A stretch of 64,000 bases of DNA, taken from contig JBKPEA010000026.1 in the NCBI GenBank assembly GCA_046728175.1, positions 2,203 to 66,202 on the forward strand, in the 5' to 3' direction. Of the stretch, positions 37,890-48,461 are shown one piece after another. The notes under the pieces were generated by a model that was not told the origin of the DNA, did not search any database, and saw nothing but the letters and a program-made list of their open reading frames with translations. Positions within the stretch are counted from its first letter, which is position 1; each line of letters opens with the position of its first letter. Both the position numbers and the translations under genes were made by a program. Origin of the DNA: Thermodesulfobacteriota bacterium. Its GTDB lineage: Bacteria > Desulfobacterota > Binatia > Binatales > Binataceae.

Positions 37890-40800
37890 TCAGCCGCGAC
37901 GGCGCAGCCCCCACCATTGCAACCGACCTTCCGGCTGTGCCCATCGCGGAGTCTGCGGAATCGGTTGCGGACGGTTGGCGCGTGGTGCGACTTCCACCGC
38001 TACCGCCAATTTGCGATTCGTCAGCCGGCCGCTGCGCACGCTGCACGAGAACGCTTTTGCCTCGTGCATCCCCACGTTGGGGTCGGCCAGCAAGGCGGTG
38101 AGATCGTTAGCTATCGCGCCGACGGTTTCGCCCGCGTAGCCCCAGTGAATTGGCAGGCCGATCTGATGAACGATTCGGTTACTGAGACTCAATGGGCGGA
38201 TTCGTCGGGTGACCATGGCGCGCGCTTCGATTTCGCCGCGCGGCGTTGAGACCACCATCCACCCCCGATGTCGGATGCCCTGCTCTTGGGCGAGTTCCGG
38301 GCTCAACTCGACGAACATCTCGGGCTGGAGCTCGTTGAGCCAGCTGTTGAACCGGCTCATCGGTCCCGAAAGGTAGTGCTCGGTCAACCGATAGGTGGTG
38401 GCGACGATTGGAAAATTGGGATCGACGCCAAGCGCGAGTCGATTTAACTCGCTGGGATATTCTTGCAGCGTGGGATTACTCTGCGTCTTGTACAGGGGGT
38501 TGGCCAATACCGATTCGCGCGGCTCGAAGTGTGCAGGTAGCGGGCCGTCTCTCACGCCGAACGGAGCGTATAACCATCCGCGTCCATCAGGGTGCATGAT
38601 AAACGGCGCGTCTCCGGCGATCGCTTGCATGTCGCGGGCGCCGACCGGGGGTCGATAGGTGGGAGGCTTGGCGGGCTCGAAGTCGGGAACGTCATTGCCG
38701 ACCCAGCGCTGCTGCTGCTCATCCCACCAAACCAGTCGCTTACGCTCAGACCAGGGACGCCCGTCGGGATCCGCGGAAGCGCGGTTGTACATCACGCGTC
38801 GATTGGCCGGCCACGCAAACGCCCAATCGGGAGATGCCGATCCGACAATTCGCGGGTCGCGCGAGCGGGCCCGATTGCGGTCGTCTCGCGGAAAAACGCC
38901 GCTGTAGATCCAGGCACCGCACGCGGTCGATCCGTCATCCCGAAGCTCGTGGAAACCCGAGAGCAGGAGGCCATCGCTTAACCGTCGCCCGTTTATCTCC
39001 TTGAGTACCTTCTCGATGTCCGGCTCGTCGGCAATGCGGCTCAGGGTTCCGTCCGGGAGGCGCTGGGGATCGTCGCGGTCGTAGTTCCAGGTGAGGTTGC
39101 GGACCGGCGCATCCCGCTTGAGTGTGGAATCGCGGTACAACTCCTTTAACCGTTTGCCAAGCTGATAGAGGAACCATGCGTCCGAGCGGCAGTCGCCCGG
39201 TGGATCGACCGCCTTCTCGTGCCACTGAATCAGGCGCTCGGTATTGGTGAAGGTGCCGTCCTTTTCAGGGATTGAAGCCGCCGGCAGGAAGAACACCTCG
39301 GTCTTGATCTTTCCGGGATCATTGATGCTGGGGTCCGCGTACCAGAAATTGGCACTTTCATGCTCGAACCAATCCCGCACCACCAGCCAGTCGAGATTGC
39401 GCAGTGCGGCGCGATTGAGTTCCGCGTTGGGTGCGCCGGCAGCCGGATTCTGGCCAATCAGAAACAAGCCCCGAATGTCGCCCTGATACATCCGGAAAAA
39501 CGCGGCCAACTGCGAGTAGTCGTCGTCTCTTTTCGGTAGCCACGAATATCCGAACTCATTCTCATGAGTGGCGGCGTCGCCGTACCAGGCTTTGAGAAGG
39601 CTTATCAGGAAGCGCGGCAGATACGCCCAGTACCCGGAGAAAGCGTCCTCCTGCCAAAAGCCCGCGGCGCGGTTGTTCAGCGCGTCTCCGAATCCTCGTC
39701 CGTTCTCGAGATACTCTGCGAGCGTCACGTGTTCCGCGACGGCCGCAGGTTGCGGGATATAGCCGGGGAGCAGATGGTAAAGAGTCGGGATATCGGTTGA
39801 GCCCTGGATGCTGCAATGGCCGCGCATTGCCATGATCCCCCCGCCCGGGCGTCCGATATTTCCGAGCAGCAGCTGGATTATGGCCGCCGCACGAATCATC
39901 TGAACCCCGGTCGAGTGCTGAGTCCATCCGAGCGCATAGACGATCGAGCTGGTGCGCTCGCGGCCCGAGTTGCGCGCGAGCAATTCGGCGACGCGGATCA
40001 CCTCGGCCGAAGAGCATCCGCAGACCTGCGCGACGGCCTCCGGCGTGTAGCGGGAGAAATGGCGGCGCAGAACCTGAAACACGCATCGTGGGTGCAGCAA
40101 GGTCGGGTCCTGCTCGGGCTTCCCGTCCACACTCGCGATACTGTAACCCCACACCCCCGGCTCACCGTCGTAACGGTGGGTGGATGGATCAAAGCCGGCA
40201 AAGAAACCATCGCCGTCGTCAGCATCGACGTAGCTCTCGCCGACAATCGTTGCGGCGTTGGTGAAGCGCAACACGTATTCGTGAAACCATAGGTCGCGCT
40301 CCAGCAGGTAGTTGATAATTCCGCCCAGAAAGGCGATGTCGGAACCGGCGCGAATCGCGACGTAGATATCTGCCATGGCGGAGGTGCGCGTAAACCTCGG
40401 ATCGACATGAATCAACTTGCCGCCCGCTTCGCGCGCTTTCAGGACCCAGCGGAAGCCGACCGGATGTGCTTCCGCCATGTTGGATCCCATGATCAGCACG
40501 CAATCGCTGTTGGCGAGATCGCGCTGAAAGGTGGTCGCCGCTCCGCGTCCGAACGAGGCGCCCAGACCGGGCACCGAGGCGCTATGTCAGATGCGAGCCT
40601 GGTTTTCGACCGCGAGAATGCCGAGCCCACCCGTAAGGAGTTTCTTGATGAGATAGTTTTCTTCGTTGTCGAGAGTAGCGCCGCCCAGGTGCGCGATGGT
40701 CTTGAGGTGATTGACTTCCATTCCGTCGGCGAAGTTTTCGATGAAATCGCGGTCGCGAGCGTCCTTCACCAGATGTGCGATACGGTCCATGGCCCAATCG

Positions 40801-41087
40801 AGTGGACGCTGCTCCCAATGGTCGCTGTAGGGCGCGCGGTACATGACTCGGCTTATCCGATGCGGGTTCGAAACCAGCTGAAAAGTATTTGCGCCCTTGG
40901 GGCACAGCGTGCCCTCGTTAATTGGGCTTTCCGGGTCGCCCTCGATATCGATGACCTCGCCGCCCTTGGTGTACACGTTCTGGCTGCATCCAACGGCACA
41001 GTAGGGGCAAACGCTGTGCGATTTAGTCGCACCGCGCAAACGAGAATGCTTGTGAGTCGTATCGGGACTGACCGGCTGGCGATCCAT
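37890..41087 (-). CDS. Formate dehydrogenase alpha subunit (FdnG/FdoG-like molybdopterin enzyme) with in-frame selenocysteine TGA at 40587-40589
   Basis: The two ORFs 40587-41087 and 37890-40574 are contiguous in one frame. '…AVENQARI-U-HSASVPGLGASFGRGAATT…AEAHPVGFRW' aligns with E. coli FdnG '…DNQARV-U-HGPTVASLAPTFGRGAMT…AEAHPVGFRW'. There is an N-terminal [4Fe-4S] Cys motif 'CPYCAVGC' and no Tat motif. Confidence 0.85.
40540..40586 (-). ncRNA. Candidate bacterial SECIS hairpin immediately 3' of the UGA
   Basis: mRNA 'GGUGCCC-GGUCU-GGGCGCC' (plus 40557-40575) forms a 7-bp stem including a U·G pair. The apical 'GGUCUG' is as in the E. coli fdhF SECIS. It starts 12 nt after the UGA. Confidence 0.4.
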
Positions 41088-41140
41088 CGACGCTTCCTCC
41101 GGAGGTGCACGCTTTTCGGGGGCAGTGATAATCTACCATA

Positions 41141-42010
41141 GTGCCGGATTTTGGCAGCAAGACAACCCTGGAGCGCGCTACCCTGCGCTGGCGCGCGTCG
41201 CGCTTCAGGAATGGGCGGGATCTGCTCGCGGTCGAGGAACCGCTGGAGATTCGTCTGGCCGGGCGTCGCTTCACCGTCACAATGAGGACCCCGGGCCACG
41301 ACGAGGAGCTGGTCGCGGGATTTCTTTTCACCGAAGGATTTGTGAGCGCTGCGAACGAGATTGGCGAGATTCGGCGGGTGCGAGGCAGTGCCGGTAAGCC
41401 GGAGGCCAACGTCATCGACGTCATCTTGCACGTGCCGGTCGAGGCCTTGCGTAAACGGCTGCAACGCAACTTCGCGATGACCTCGAGTTGCGGACTCTGC
41501 GGCAAGACCTCCATCGAGGCGATCGAAAGGAGAATCGCTCCGCTTTCCCGCGGCCACGCCTCGCTCCAGGCAACGGTACTGACGAACCTGAGCGCCAAGA
41601 TGCGTGCCGAGCAGTCAATTTTTGCCGACACCGGGGGAGTCCACGCCGCGGCCCTCTTCGACCGGTCCGGAGCTCTGCGCATGCTGCGCGAAGACATAGG
41701 GCGCCACAATGCGGTCGACAAGCTGGTCGGGTGGGCGATGGGTCGGAACACGCTGCCGCTCAGCGATGCGCTGGTGATGGTGAGTGGACGGTTGAGTTTC
41801 GAAATAGTCCAGAAAGTGGCGGCCGCCGGAGCACCGCTGCTGGCCGCGGTCTCGGCACCCTCGTCGCTGGCGGTGGAATTGGCGGACAAAGTCGGAATCA
41901 CTCTGCTGGGGTTCCTGCGCGATGGCGCGTTCAACGTATACACGCATCCCGAGCGCGTGACCGGACCCGCATGCGGTGGAACTGGGCTCGCGAGGGGCCG
42001 CGCAAAATAG
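41141..42010 (+). CDS. fdhD: Formate dehydrogenase accessory sulfurtransferase FdhD
   Basis: 'MRTPGHDEELVAGFLFTEG', 'CGKTS', 'GRHNAVDKL'. Divergent from fdhA across a 53-bp spacer. Confidence 0.8.
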   Translation: MPDFGSKTTLERATLRWRASRFRNGRDLLAVEEPLEIRLAGRRFTVTMRTPGHDEELVAGFLFTEGFVSAANEIGEIRRVRGSAGKPEANVIDVILHVPVEALRKRLQRNFAMTSSCGLCGKTSIEAIERRIAPLSRGHASLQATVLTNLSAKMRAEQSIFADTGGVHAAALFDRSGALRMLREDIGRHNAVDKLVGWAMGRNTLPLSDALVMVSGRLSFEIVQKVAAAGAPLLAAVSAPSSLAVELADKVGITLLGFLRDGAFNVYTHPERVTGPACGGTGLARGRAK

Positions 42011-42404
42011 GGGGCTTCCACGCGACAGTCGGCGAGACCTTTTTGAGCCTCGAGGTCAACAACCGGCCCGTGACCGGGTCCTACGCGATGCCTTGGGCGC
42101 AGTCATAACTGCATCGACTCGACGGTCGGCGTTCCGCATCGCGCGCTTGCGTCACATCAGCTTGTCGCTTAACCCCGAATATTCGCGTGAACAAAAGCGG
42201 GTTGCATCTCGTGGTAAGCAACCTCCGGGGAGCTCGCGAAGCGACCGGACTTGCGGGCGGCCCCGTCATCAACCCCTCGACCGAGGCCGCACTCGACGTG
42301 ATGATCGTGGGCGTGATCGACACCGCGGCGCAACACCTTCGCTTTGCGCCGAGCCAGAACGATTCGCCCTACTTGAGCGGCCCTGAACCGGGGCGATAGT
42401 CTAG

Positions 42405-44180
42405 GTGGTAATGCCGGAGACCCAGTATCTGTCGCGCAAACGCGCGCTGGATAGGATCGCCCGCGAAAAACTGCTCTACGAGCGGCATTCGGGGGGCGAG
42501 GTCTCGGTGTGCGTGATCTACCCGAACCTCTATAGGCTGGGGATGGCCAACCTCGGCTACCAAGCGATCTTCCAGATCTTCGATTCACATCCGTCCGTCG
42601 ATGCAGAGCGTGCGTTCCTGCCGGACCCCGACGAGCGCGCCGCACTGCGCGCGGGGACCGGGCGGCGCCTGCTGTCCTTTGAGCGCGGACGCCCGTTGTC
42701 GGATTTCGACATTCTTGCGTTCTCGGTCGCCTTCGAGACCGACTACCTTAATATTCTCGGCGTGCTGCGGACGGCGGGGATTCCGCTCAGACGATCCGAG
42801 CGCACGGGCAGGAACTTTCCGCTGATCATTGCGGGCGGCTCCGCGATCTTTCTGAACCCCGAGCCGGTCGCCGAGTTCGTCGATCTGTTTTTGATTGGCG
42901 AAGGCGAGGAGATGGTGCCCGAGTTCCTTGCGCGGTTTCTTGAGATCCGCCGCGATCCGGCTCGGCTGGCGGCGCTGGCCGAGGTCCGCGGCGCATACTT
43001 ACCGGATTACTTTCATCCCGAGTACGCCGAAGGTGGGCGGCTTGAAGGAGTTGGCTATTCAGGCCCGGCCAAACCGACCGTGAGCAGGCGTCTGATCCAT
43101 GACCTCGATCGCTTCAACACCTCGTCGCTGATTCTCACCGAGGAATCCGTCTTCGGTGATATGTTCCTGGTCGAAGCCAGCCGAGGATGCCAGTGGGGCT
43201 GCCGGTTTTGTGCGGCGGGGTTCATGTATCGTCCGATACGTTATCGGTCGCCCGACAAGCTTGAAGCAGAGGCGCTGCGCGGACTTGGAGAGCGAAGCGT
43301 TATAGGACTGGTCGGCGCGGAAATGGCCAGCGTGCCCGGCGTTGCGCAGATCGCAGAGCGGGTTGCCGAGGCGGGTGGCCGACTGTCGCCATCTTCCCTG
43401 AAAGCAGACTGCATTTCGCCTCGACTTGCGGCGGCGCTTGGACGCAACGGCGCACGAAGCGTGACGGTGGCACCCGAGGCCGGCAGCGAGCGGATGCGCA
43501 GGGTGATCAACAAGAACCTTAGCGAAGACGAAATCTTACGCGCCGCATCGATGATGGTGGGCGAGGGGGTGGAAAACCTGAAGCTCTATTTCATGGTGGG
43601 GCTTCCGGAGGAAGGCGCCGACGACGTGCTTGCGATAGCGCTGCTCACCGCGAAGATTCTCGAACGGACGCGGGTGGCTTGCCAGCGGGTCGGGCATGTG
43701 ACGGTCTCGTTGAATCCCTTCGTGCCCAAGCCGTGGACGCCATTCCAGTGGGACCCGATGGACGATCCGCGTAGTACCCGCCGGAAGATCGGGTTGCTCC
43801 GCGCGGAGCTGGGGCGCCTCGGCGCTGACCTGGATGCGGAATCTCCGCGCGAGGCGTACTTTCAGACCCTGGTTTCGCGGGGCGACCGTCGTGTGGGCGC
43901 GATCCTCGAACGCCTCGCAGAAAGGAATTGCGAATCGCCGGGCCAGATCTGGAGCGAACTCAAGCAGATACGCCGCGAGGCCGAGGCGGGTCGTGGTGCG
44001 CTGCCGAATCCTGAATTCTACGTGACGCGTCAATACGCGTATGACGAGGTCCTGCCCTGGGACTTCATCGATCATCACATTCATAAATGGTTTCTGCTGT
44101 CGGAACGCCGCAAGGCTCATTATGAGCATCAGACCAAACCTTGCGACGTGCACCGATGTACGGTGTGTGGCGCATGTTGA
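42405..44180 (+). CDS. B12-binding domain-containing radical SAM protein
   Basis: N-terminal B12-binding-like region followed by 'SRGCQWGCRFCAAG' (CxxxCxxC). Confidence 0.75.
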   Translation: MVMPETQYLSRKRALDRIAREKLLYERHSGGEVSVCVIYPNLYRLGMANLGYQAIFQIFDSHPSVDAERAFLPDPDERAALRAGTGRRLLSFERGRPLSDFDILAFSVAFETDYLNILGVLRTAGIPLRRSERTGRNFPLIIAGGSAIFLNPEPVAEFVDLFLIGEGEEMVPEFLARFLEIRRDPARLAALAEVRGAYLPDYFHPEYAEGGRLEGVGYSGPAKPTVSRRLIHDLDRFNTSSLILTEESVFGDMFLVEASRGCQWGCRFCAAGFMYRPIRYRSPDKLEAEALRGLGERSVIGLVGAEMASVPGVAQIAERVAEAGGRLSPSSLKADCISPRLAAALGRNGARSVTVAPEAGSERMRRVINKNLSEDEILRAASMMVGEGVENLKLYFMVGLPEEGADDVLAIALLTAKILERTRVACQRVGHVTVSLNPFVPKPWTPFQWDPMDDPRSTRRKIGLLRAELGRLGADLDAESPREAYFQTLVSRGDRRVGAILERLAERNCESPGQIWSELKQIRREAEAGRGALPNPEFYVTRQYAYDEVLPWDFIDHHIHKWFLLSERRKAHYEHQTKPCDVHRCTVCGAC

Positions 44181-44208
44181 ACGACTGTGGCGGTGGAAGG
44201 GAGAGGCG

Positions 44209-44817
44209 ATGGAAACCAGGCGTGGAACGATCCGAACGCTAGCGGCTGCGATCCTGACGGCGACGCTGCTATACGGGAGCTGCTGGACGGTTCGGGCCCA
44301 GGTTAACGAGTCCGACGTCCCCGAGACCACGGTGGTGCCCAGCGACGAGAGTCCGCCGCCACGAACACCGCCCAACCAGGCATCGGCTCCGGCGCGCCAC
44401 CCAGGAGGATCCGCGACCAATTTCGAAGTCGAGCCCGCGCATGCGCGCGTCAAATTGAACAACGACACTGCCGTGCTCGTCCAGCCCGACAAGGCGAGCA
44501 AACAAATCGAGCAGGCGCAAAGCGGAAAGTTCATCGACGTTACCGGGTCGACGCGCTATTTTCTGCAAGTGAAACTCAAATCGGGGGAGGCCGGTTATAT
44601 CGACCCGGCGGCGGTCGAGTTGGTCAAGCCGACCGATAAGATTTTTACGCTGACCTCCGATTCTGCGGTGCTGGAAAAACCAAACAAGTGGTCGAAGAAG
44701 GTGTCCGAGGTCCACAAGGGACATAACATTCACGTGATAGGCGTCGCGCTCGACTACACGAAGATCAGAATGAAAAGCGGGCTCGAGGGCTACGTACCGA
44801 TGAGTGCGCTCGAGTAG
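44209..44817 (+). CDS. Secreted protein with two SH3b-like repeats
   Basis: Signal peptide 'AAAILTATLLYGSCWTVRAQ'. Repeated 'A.v...P.K.SK…G…v.g…Y..vKLKSG.EGYI/V' units. GGAAGGGAGAGG ribosome-binding site. Confidence 0.45.
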   Translation: METRRGTIRTLAAAILTATLLYGSCWTVRAQVNESDVPETTVVPSDESPPPRTPPNQASAPARHPGGSATNFEVEPAHARVKLNNDTAVLVQPDKASKQIEQAQSGKFIDVTGSTRYFLQVKLKSGEAGYIDPAAVELVKPTDKIFTLTSDSAVLEKPNKWSKKVSEVHKGHNIHVIGVALDYTKIRMKSGLEGYVPMSALE

Positions 44818-45001
44818 CATTAAGCCGCCGAGGCGGCAGATCTTCCGGTTCAGGGTTTACGAAATCCAATCCCGCCAAGGTACCTCCACCCCGCAGCATC
44901 ACCTACCCTGAAAGAACGCGCTCGACGCCTCCGAAACTCATGGCTATAACACACTGGCGCGCCACCGGGACTGAATCGGGCGTTGCCGGGGGAATCTAGC
45001 G

Positions 45002-46267
45002 ATGACCGCTCGCGAACGGCAGGGATGGATCCTCGTGGCGAGTTTGTTCGTCACCTTGTTCCTGGTATTTGGCTCCGGCTACAACACCACGAGCCTGTTT
45101 TTTCCTCGGCTGCTGAAACACTTCGGATGGAGCCATACACGCACTGCCTCGCTGACCAGCGCGCTTGCGCTCTCGGCGGGACTTAGTGGGCCGCTAATCG
45201 GCATTCTTCTGGACCGGCTGGAAGCGCGGATCGTAATGATCGTCGGCATCGTCATGACCGGAGCCGCCTTTCTGATCGCCAGCCGCGCCGAGTCCTTCCC
45301 GATAATGATGGCCGCCTATCTCCTCCTGGGAATCGGAATTGCCGCCGCAACGCTGCTGCCCGCGGCACTTATCGTCGCCAATTGGTTTGGCGCGCGCCGC
45401 GGCATTGCCATGGGTCTTACCTTTGCCGGGACGTCGCTGGGTGGCGCGGTCATGACGCAGGTGGGTAATTTCGCGATCCTCGATCTGGGCGGATGGCGAG
45501 CAGCGTACGTAACCTTGGCGGCGCCCATGCTGCTAATCGCTCTTCCGCTGGTTCTCTTACAGGTGCGGAGTCGTCCACCTGAGGCCACCAAGGAAGACTT
45601 CCAGGCGTCGAGCGACGCGCTGCCCGGGCTGGAACTGGGTCAGGCGTTACGTGCGCGGTCATTCTGGATGGTTTCGGCCGCGCAGTTTTTGTTTGCCTGT
45701 TCAGCGGCGGGTGCAGGGCTGCATCTGATCCACCACCTGATTAACCTGGGCTACTCGCAGACTGCGGCGGCCAGAGCGATGGGCGTGGTCTTCGTGTGCG
45801 CTTCGCTCGGCAAACTTGGCATGGGGTTGTTTTCGGACCGGGTGAGCGCGCGCGTCGCATTGACCGTCAATTTCATCGGTGCCGCCTTCGGAATCGCCCT
45901 GGTCTTTGGCGCCGCCAATCGGGTTATGCTGGCTCTGTTCGTCCTGGTCTTTGGACTCACTCTAGGTGCACCGCTGGTGCTGATTCCGCTTTTGCAGGCC
46001 GATTCGATGGGTCTCAAACGATTTGGATCGATAGGCGGAATATCCGGCATCTTCAATACGCTGGGCGCGGCGGCGGGTCCATTCGGGGCCGGGGTCATCT
46101 TCGATCTGCTCGGGGGGTACTACGCTGCCTTTGGCACGTTCATCGTGATGAATATTCTCGGCGCTATCGCGACCCTGGCCTGTCTGAATCTGGCCACCGA
46201 AGAGGCCCGGCTGGCGCGTCGGATGCGCACCTCGCAGGAAGTTCTGGCGGGTTCTCAAGCATCGTAG
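45002..46267 (+). CDS. MFS transporter
   Basis: 12 TM helices and an MFS-type 'GILLDRLEAR' loop motif. Confidence 0.8.
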   Translation: MTARERQGWILVASLFVTLFLVFGSGYNTTSLFFPRLLKHFGWSHTRTASLTSALALSAGLSGPLIGILLDRLEARIVMIVGIVMTGAAFLIASRAESFPIMMAAYLLLGIGIAAATLLPAALIVANWFGARRGIAMGLTFAGTSLGGAVMTQVGNFAILDLGGWRAAYVTLAAPMLLIALPLVLLQVRSRPPEATKEDFQASSDALPGLELGQALRARSFWMVSAAQFLFACSAAGAGLHLIHHLINLGYSQTAAARAMGVVFVCASLGKLGMGLFSDRVSARVALTVNFIGAAFGIALVFGAANRVMLALFVLVFGLTLGAPLVLIPLLQADSMGLKRFGSIGGISGIFNTLGAAAGPFGAGVIFDLLGGYYAAFGTFIVMNILGAIATLACLNLATEEARLARRMRTSQEVLAGSQAS

Positions 46268-46275
46268 ACGGTCGC

Positions 46276-47007
46276 GTGATTTTTACCGGAGTAGCACCCG
46301 CGTTGGCGGCTGCCGCGCTGCTCGGGTTTCGGCACGGCGTGGACTACGATCACGTTGCGGCGATTGCAGATCTGGCGGGAGCGGCCAAGCGTCCCGCCCA
46401 GGCAGTCGGGCTCGCGGTGCTCTATGGATTGGGACACTCGACCATCGTCACCGTGCTGGGCGCAGTTTCGGTTTGGTTTGGAAGGGTGCTGCCCAAGGGA
46501 TCGGACCAAATTCTCGAGGGTGCGGTGGGGTGCACGCTGATCGTGCTGGGCGCCTATGTCCTGAGCGCGATTTTCCGCGGCGCGCCGGAGGCTCGCCCAG
46601 CGACGCGCTTCGAATTGATCCGAAGTGCAGGAAGGTGGACCAAGTCGTTGATCGCGACAACGCCGTCCTCCCGGCCAGCGCCGATGAATCAACCACCGGG
46701 TCCGCGAACTGCCTACAGCGTCGGCATCATCCACGGCATCGGCGCCGAAACCCCGACCCAACTCGGCTTGTTCGTCTTGTCCGCCGGTGTTGGAGGTTGG
46801 GCGAGCGGTTTGCTGTGCGTGCTCACTTTCGCGGCGGGGTTGCTTGCGATGAACACCCTGATGGCGGTGGCATCGGCCGGCATGTTCCACCTCTCGAACT
46901 TTCGTGACTGGATTTATCGCGGCGTGATGATCTTGACCGCGACCTACAGCATCGTGGTCGGCACGCTCTTCGTCCTCAGCAGCATCGGCGTCCCGATTCC
47001 GATCTGA
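46276..47007 (+). CDS. NicO/HoxN-like nickel/cobalt transporter family membrane protein
   Basis: 'LLGFRHGVDYDHVAAI' resembles the H-x4-DH signature. GTG start just after the MFS stop. The upstream part of the long ORF 45796-47007 is out-of-frame overlap with the MFS gene. Confidence 0.5.
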   Translation: MIFTGVAPALAAAALLGFRHGVDYDHVAAIADLAGAAKRPAQAVGLAVLYGLGHSTIVTVLGAVSVWFGRVLPKGSDQILEGAVGCTLIVLGAYVLSAIFRGAPEARPATRFELIRSAGRWTKSLIATTPSSRPAPMNQPPGPRTAYSVGIIHGIGAETPTQLGLFVLSAGVGGWASGLLCVLTFAAGLLAMNTLMAVASAGMFHLSNFRDWIYRGVMILTATYSIVVGTLFVLSSIGVPIPI

Positions 47008-47481
47008 GAGCATTTCCTGAGCCGCGAGAGCGCAGTGCTTCGAGCGGGACTCGCAGCAGCGCGATCCCTCCAGAGAAAGTTTCACACCAGAGAAGGGCGG
47101 GCGCCGCTTCTTTGAGATGAAAGCACGCTGGTGCCGATTCTGCCTTTTGTTCCAGTCGAGGAAAATTGGCCTTACCAATTAGGTGTCGAGCGACTGCAAG
47201 AATCCTGCAATTTCGCGCCCGGACTTGAGATGGATCACAGGCACCTCGGTTCCATGCGTCGATCGTGCGACTTCGATCAGGGTACGATTCACCAGGTCGA
47301 ACCTCCAGATGAACGCCAGCACCGCGGGCAGGTCTCGGAGTTTGTGCGGCTCGCGTACCGAAAGGCGCGCCTGCAGGCCCGCCAGGCACAGAGGATTCTC
47401 GGCAACTCAAGCCAAATGATGGAGCTCCGCGCGCGGCAGGCGAATATCAAAACTGACTTGCGCAAAATTGCCGTCGCTTAT

Positions 47482-47729
47482 TCAGGCCTCTTTCGCGTGT
47501 GCCTCATCCAGCAAAGAGCGAAAGGCTGAGAGGTCGCCCTGAGAACATAACCGGCTGGACATCTCATCGAGGCAATCACCGGCAAGCCGGTTCTTTCGCC
47601 AATTTGCTGGGCCAGCGAGGTTTTGCCGCTTCCAGCACACCCGAGAACTACAATGCGCCGGGGCGACCCACGAGCGATTAGGATTGAGCCGTTTTTCAAT
47701 TTCCGCGTGCACGGCCCTCGGGCGAGCAC
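47482..47729 (-). pseudogene. P-loop NTPase gene remnant (topology-modulation/FlaR-like kinase N-terminus), truncated and frameshifted
   Basis: 'RRIVVLGCAGSGKTSLAQQIGERTGLPVI' Walker A. Continues after a shift as 'DCLDEM…' and terminates at about 70 aa. Confidence 0.3.
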
Positions 47730-47839
47730 CGGGGAAAAAGTTTCACATCAGAAAAAGCCCGTGCCACTTTTTGATAAGAGAGTTACGTCCGTGTCGATTC
47801 TTGCCGATCGTTCTTGCAGCTGAGAAACTCGTGCGGAGA

Positions 47840-48457
47840 CTAAGCGGCGTCGGAAATTCCAATTAGGGTGCGGACTTTCGCCGCGATATCGGGCGCCATG
47901 ATCACGTCGGTGATTATTGCGGCCGCGTCTGAGCCGGCGGCAAGTACTTCCGGTATGGTTGCTTCAGTGATTCCGCCGATGGCGACGATCGGGATCTTTA
48001 CCGCGGCGCGCACCGCACGGAGTTTCTCGAGTCCCTGAGCTACCTTGATGTTCTTCAATCCGCCTTGGTACATCGGGCCGAAACCGATGTAGTCCGCGCC
48101 GCCGGCTTCGGCGGCACGCGCCATGTCGACGCTGGCGGTCGAGATTCCGATGACCTTGTTAGAGCCCACCACGCGTCTGCCGGCATCCAGCGGGATGTCT
48201 CGCTGCCCGAGGTGTACACCATCGGCATCAGCTAACATCGCAATGTCAGCGCGATCATTAACGATAAAGAGAGTGCCACGCTCGCGGCACATGCGTCCGA
48301 TGCGGTCGGCGGCGGCCAGAAAGTCGCGGCCGGATGCTTCTTTGAGGCGCAGTTGCAGGATCCGCACGCCTGCCTGGAGGAGAACGCGTGCGAGCTCGAC
48401 GGGCTCATGTCCCGCCGCTGGATCGACGATTCCGTAGAAGCGGGAGGGCAGTTTCAT
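47840..48457 (-). CDS. thiE: Thiamine-phosphate synthase
   Basis: 'LFIVNDRADIAMLADADGVHLGQRD' and 'GFGPM'. Confidence 0.85.
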   Translation of the reverse strand: MKLPSRFYGIVDPAAGHEPVELARVLLQAGVRILQLRLKEASGRDFLAAADRIGRMCRERGTLFIVNDRADIAMLADADGVHLGQRDIPLDAGRRVVGSNKVIGISTASVDMARAAEAGGADYIGFGPMYQGGLKNIKVAQGLEKLRAVRAAVKIPIVAIGGITEATIPEVLAAGSDAAAIITDVIMAPDIAAKVRTLIGISDAA

Positions 48458-48461
48458 GCCG

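Noticed and set aside
41023-42021. 332-aa minus ORF
   Set aside because: Antisense to fdhD. S/A/R-rich.
36096-44180. Search for selenocysteine machinery (selA/selB/selD/tRNA-Sec) near the formate dehydrogenase operon
   Set aside because: None of the neighbouring ORFs has SelA/SelB/SelD signatures and no roughly 95-nt tRNA-Sec-like sequence was found in the intergenic regions. These are presumably encoded elsewhere.
43536-44534. 332-aa minus ORF
   Set aside because: Antisense to the radical-SAM gene.
45796-46275. N-terminal 160 aa of the long ORF 45796-47007
   Set aside because: Out-of-frame overlap with the MFS transporter. Only the portion after the MFS stop (from GTG 46276) is protein-like (NicO-type).
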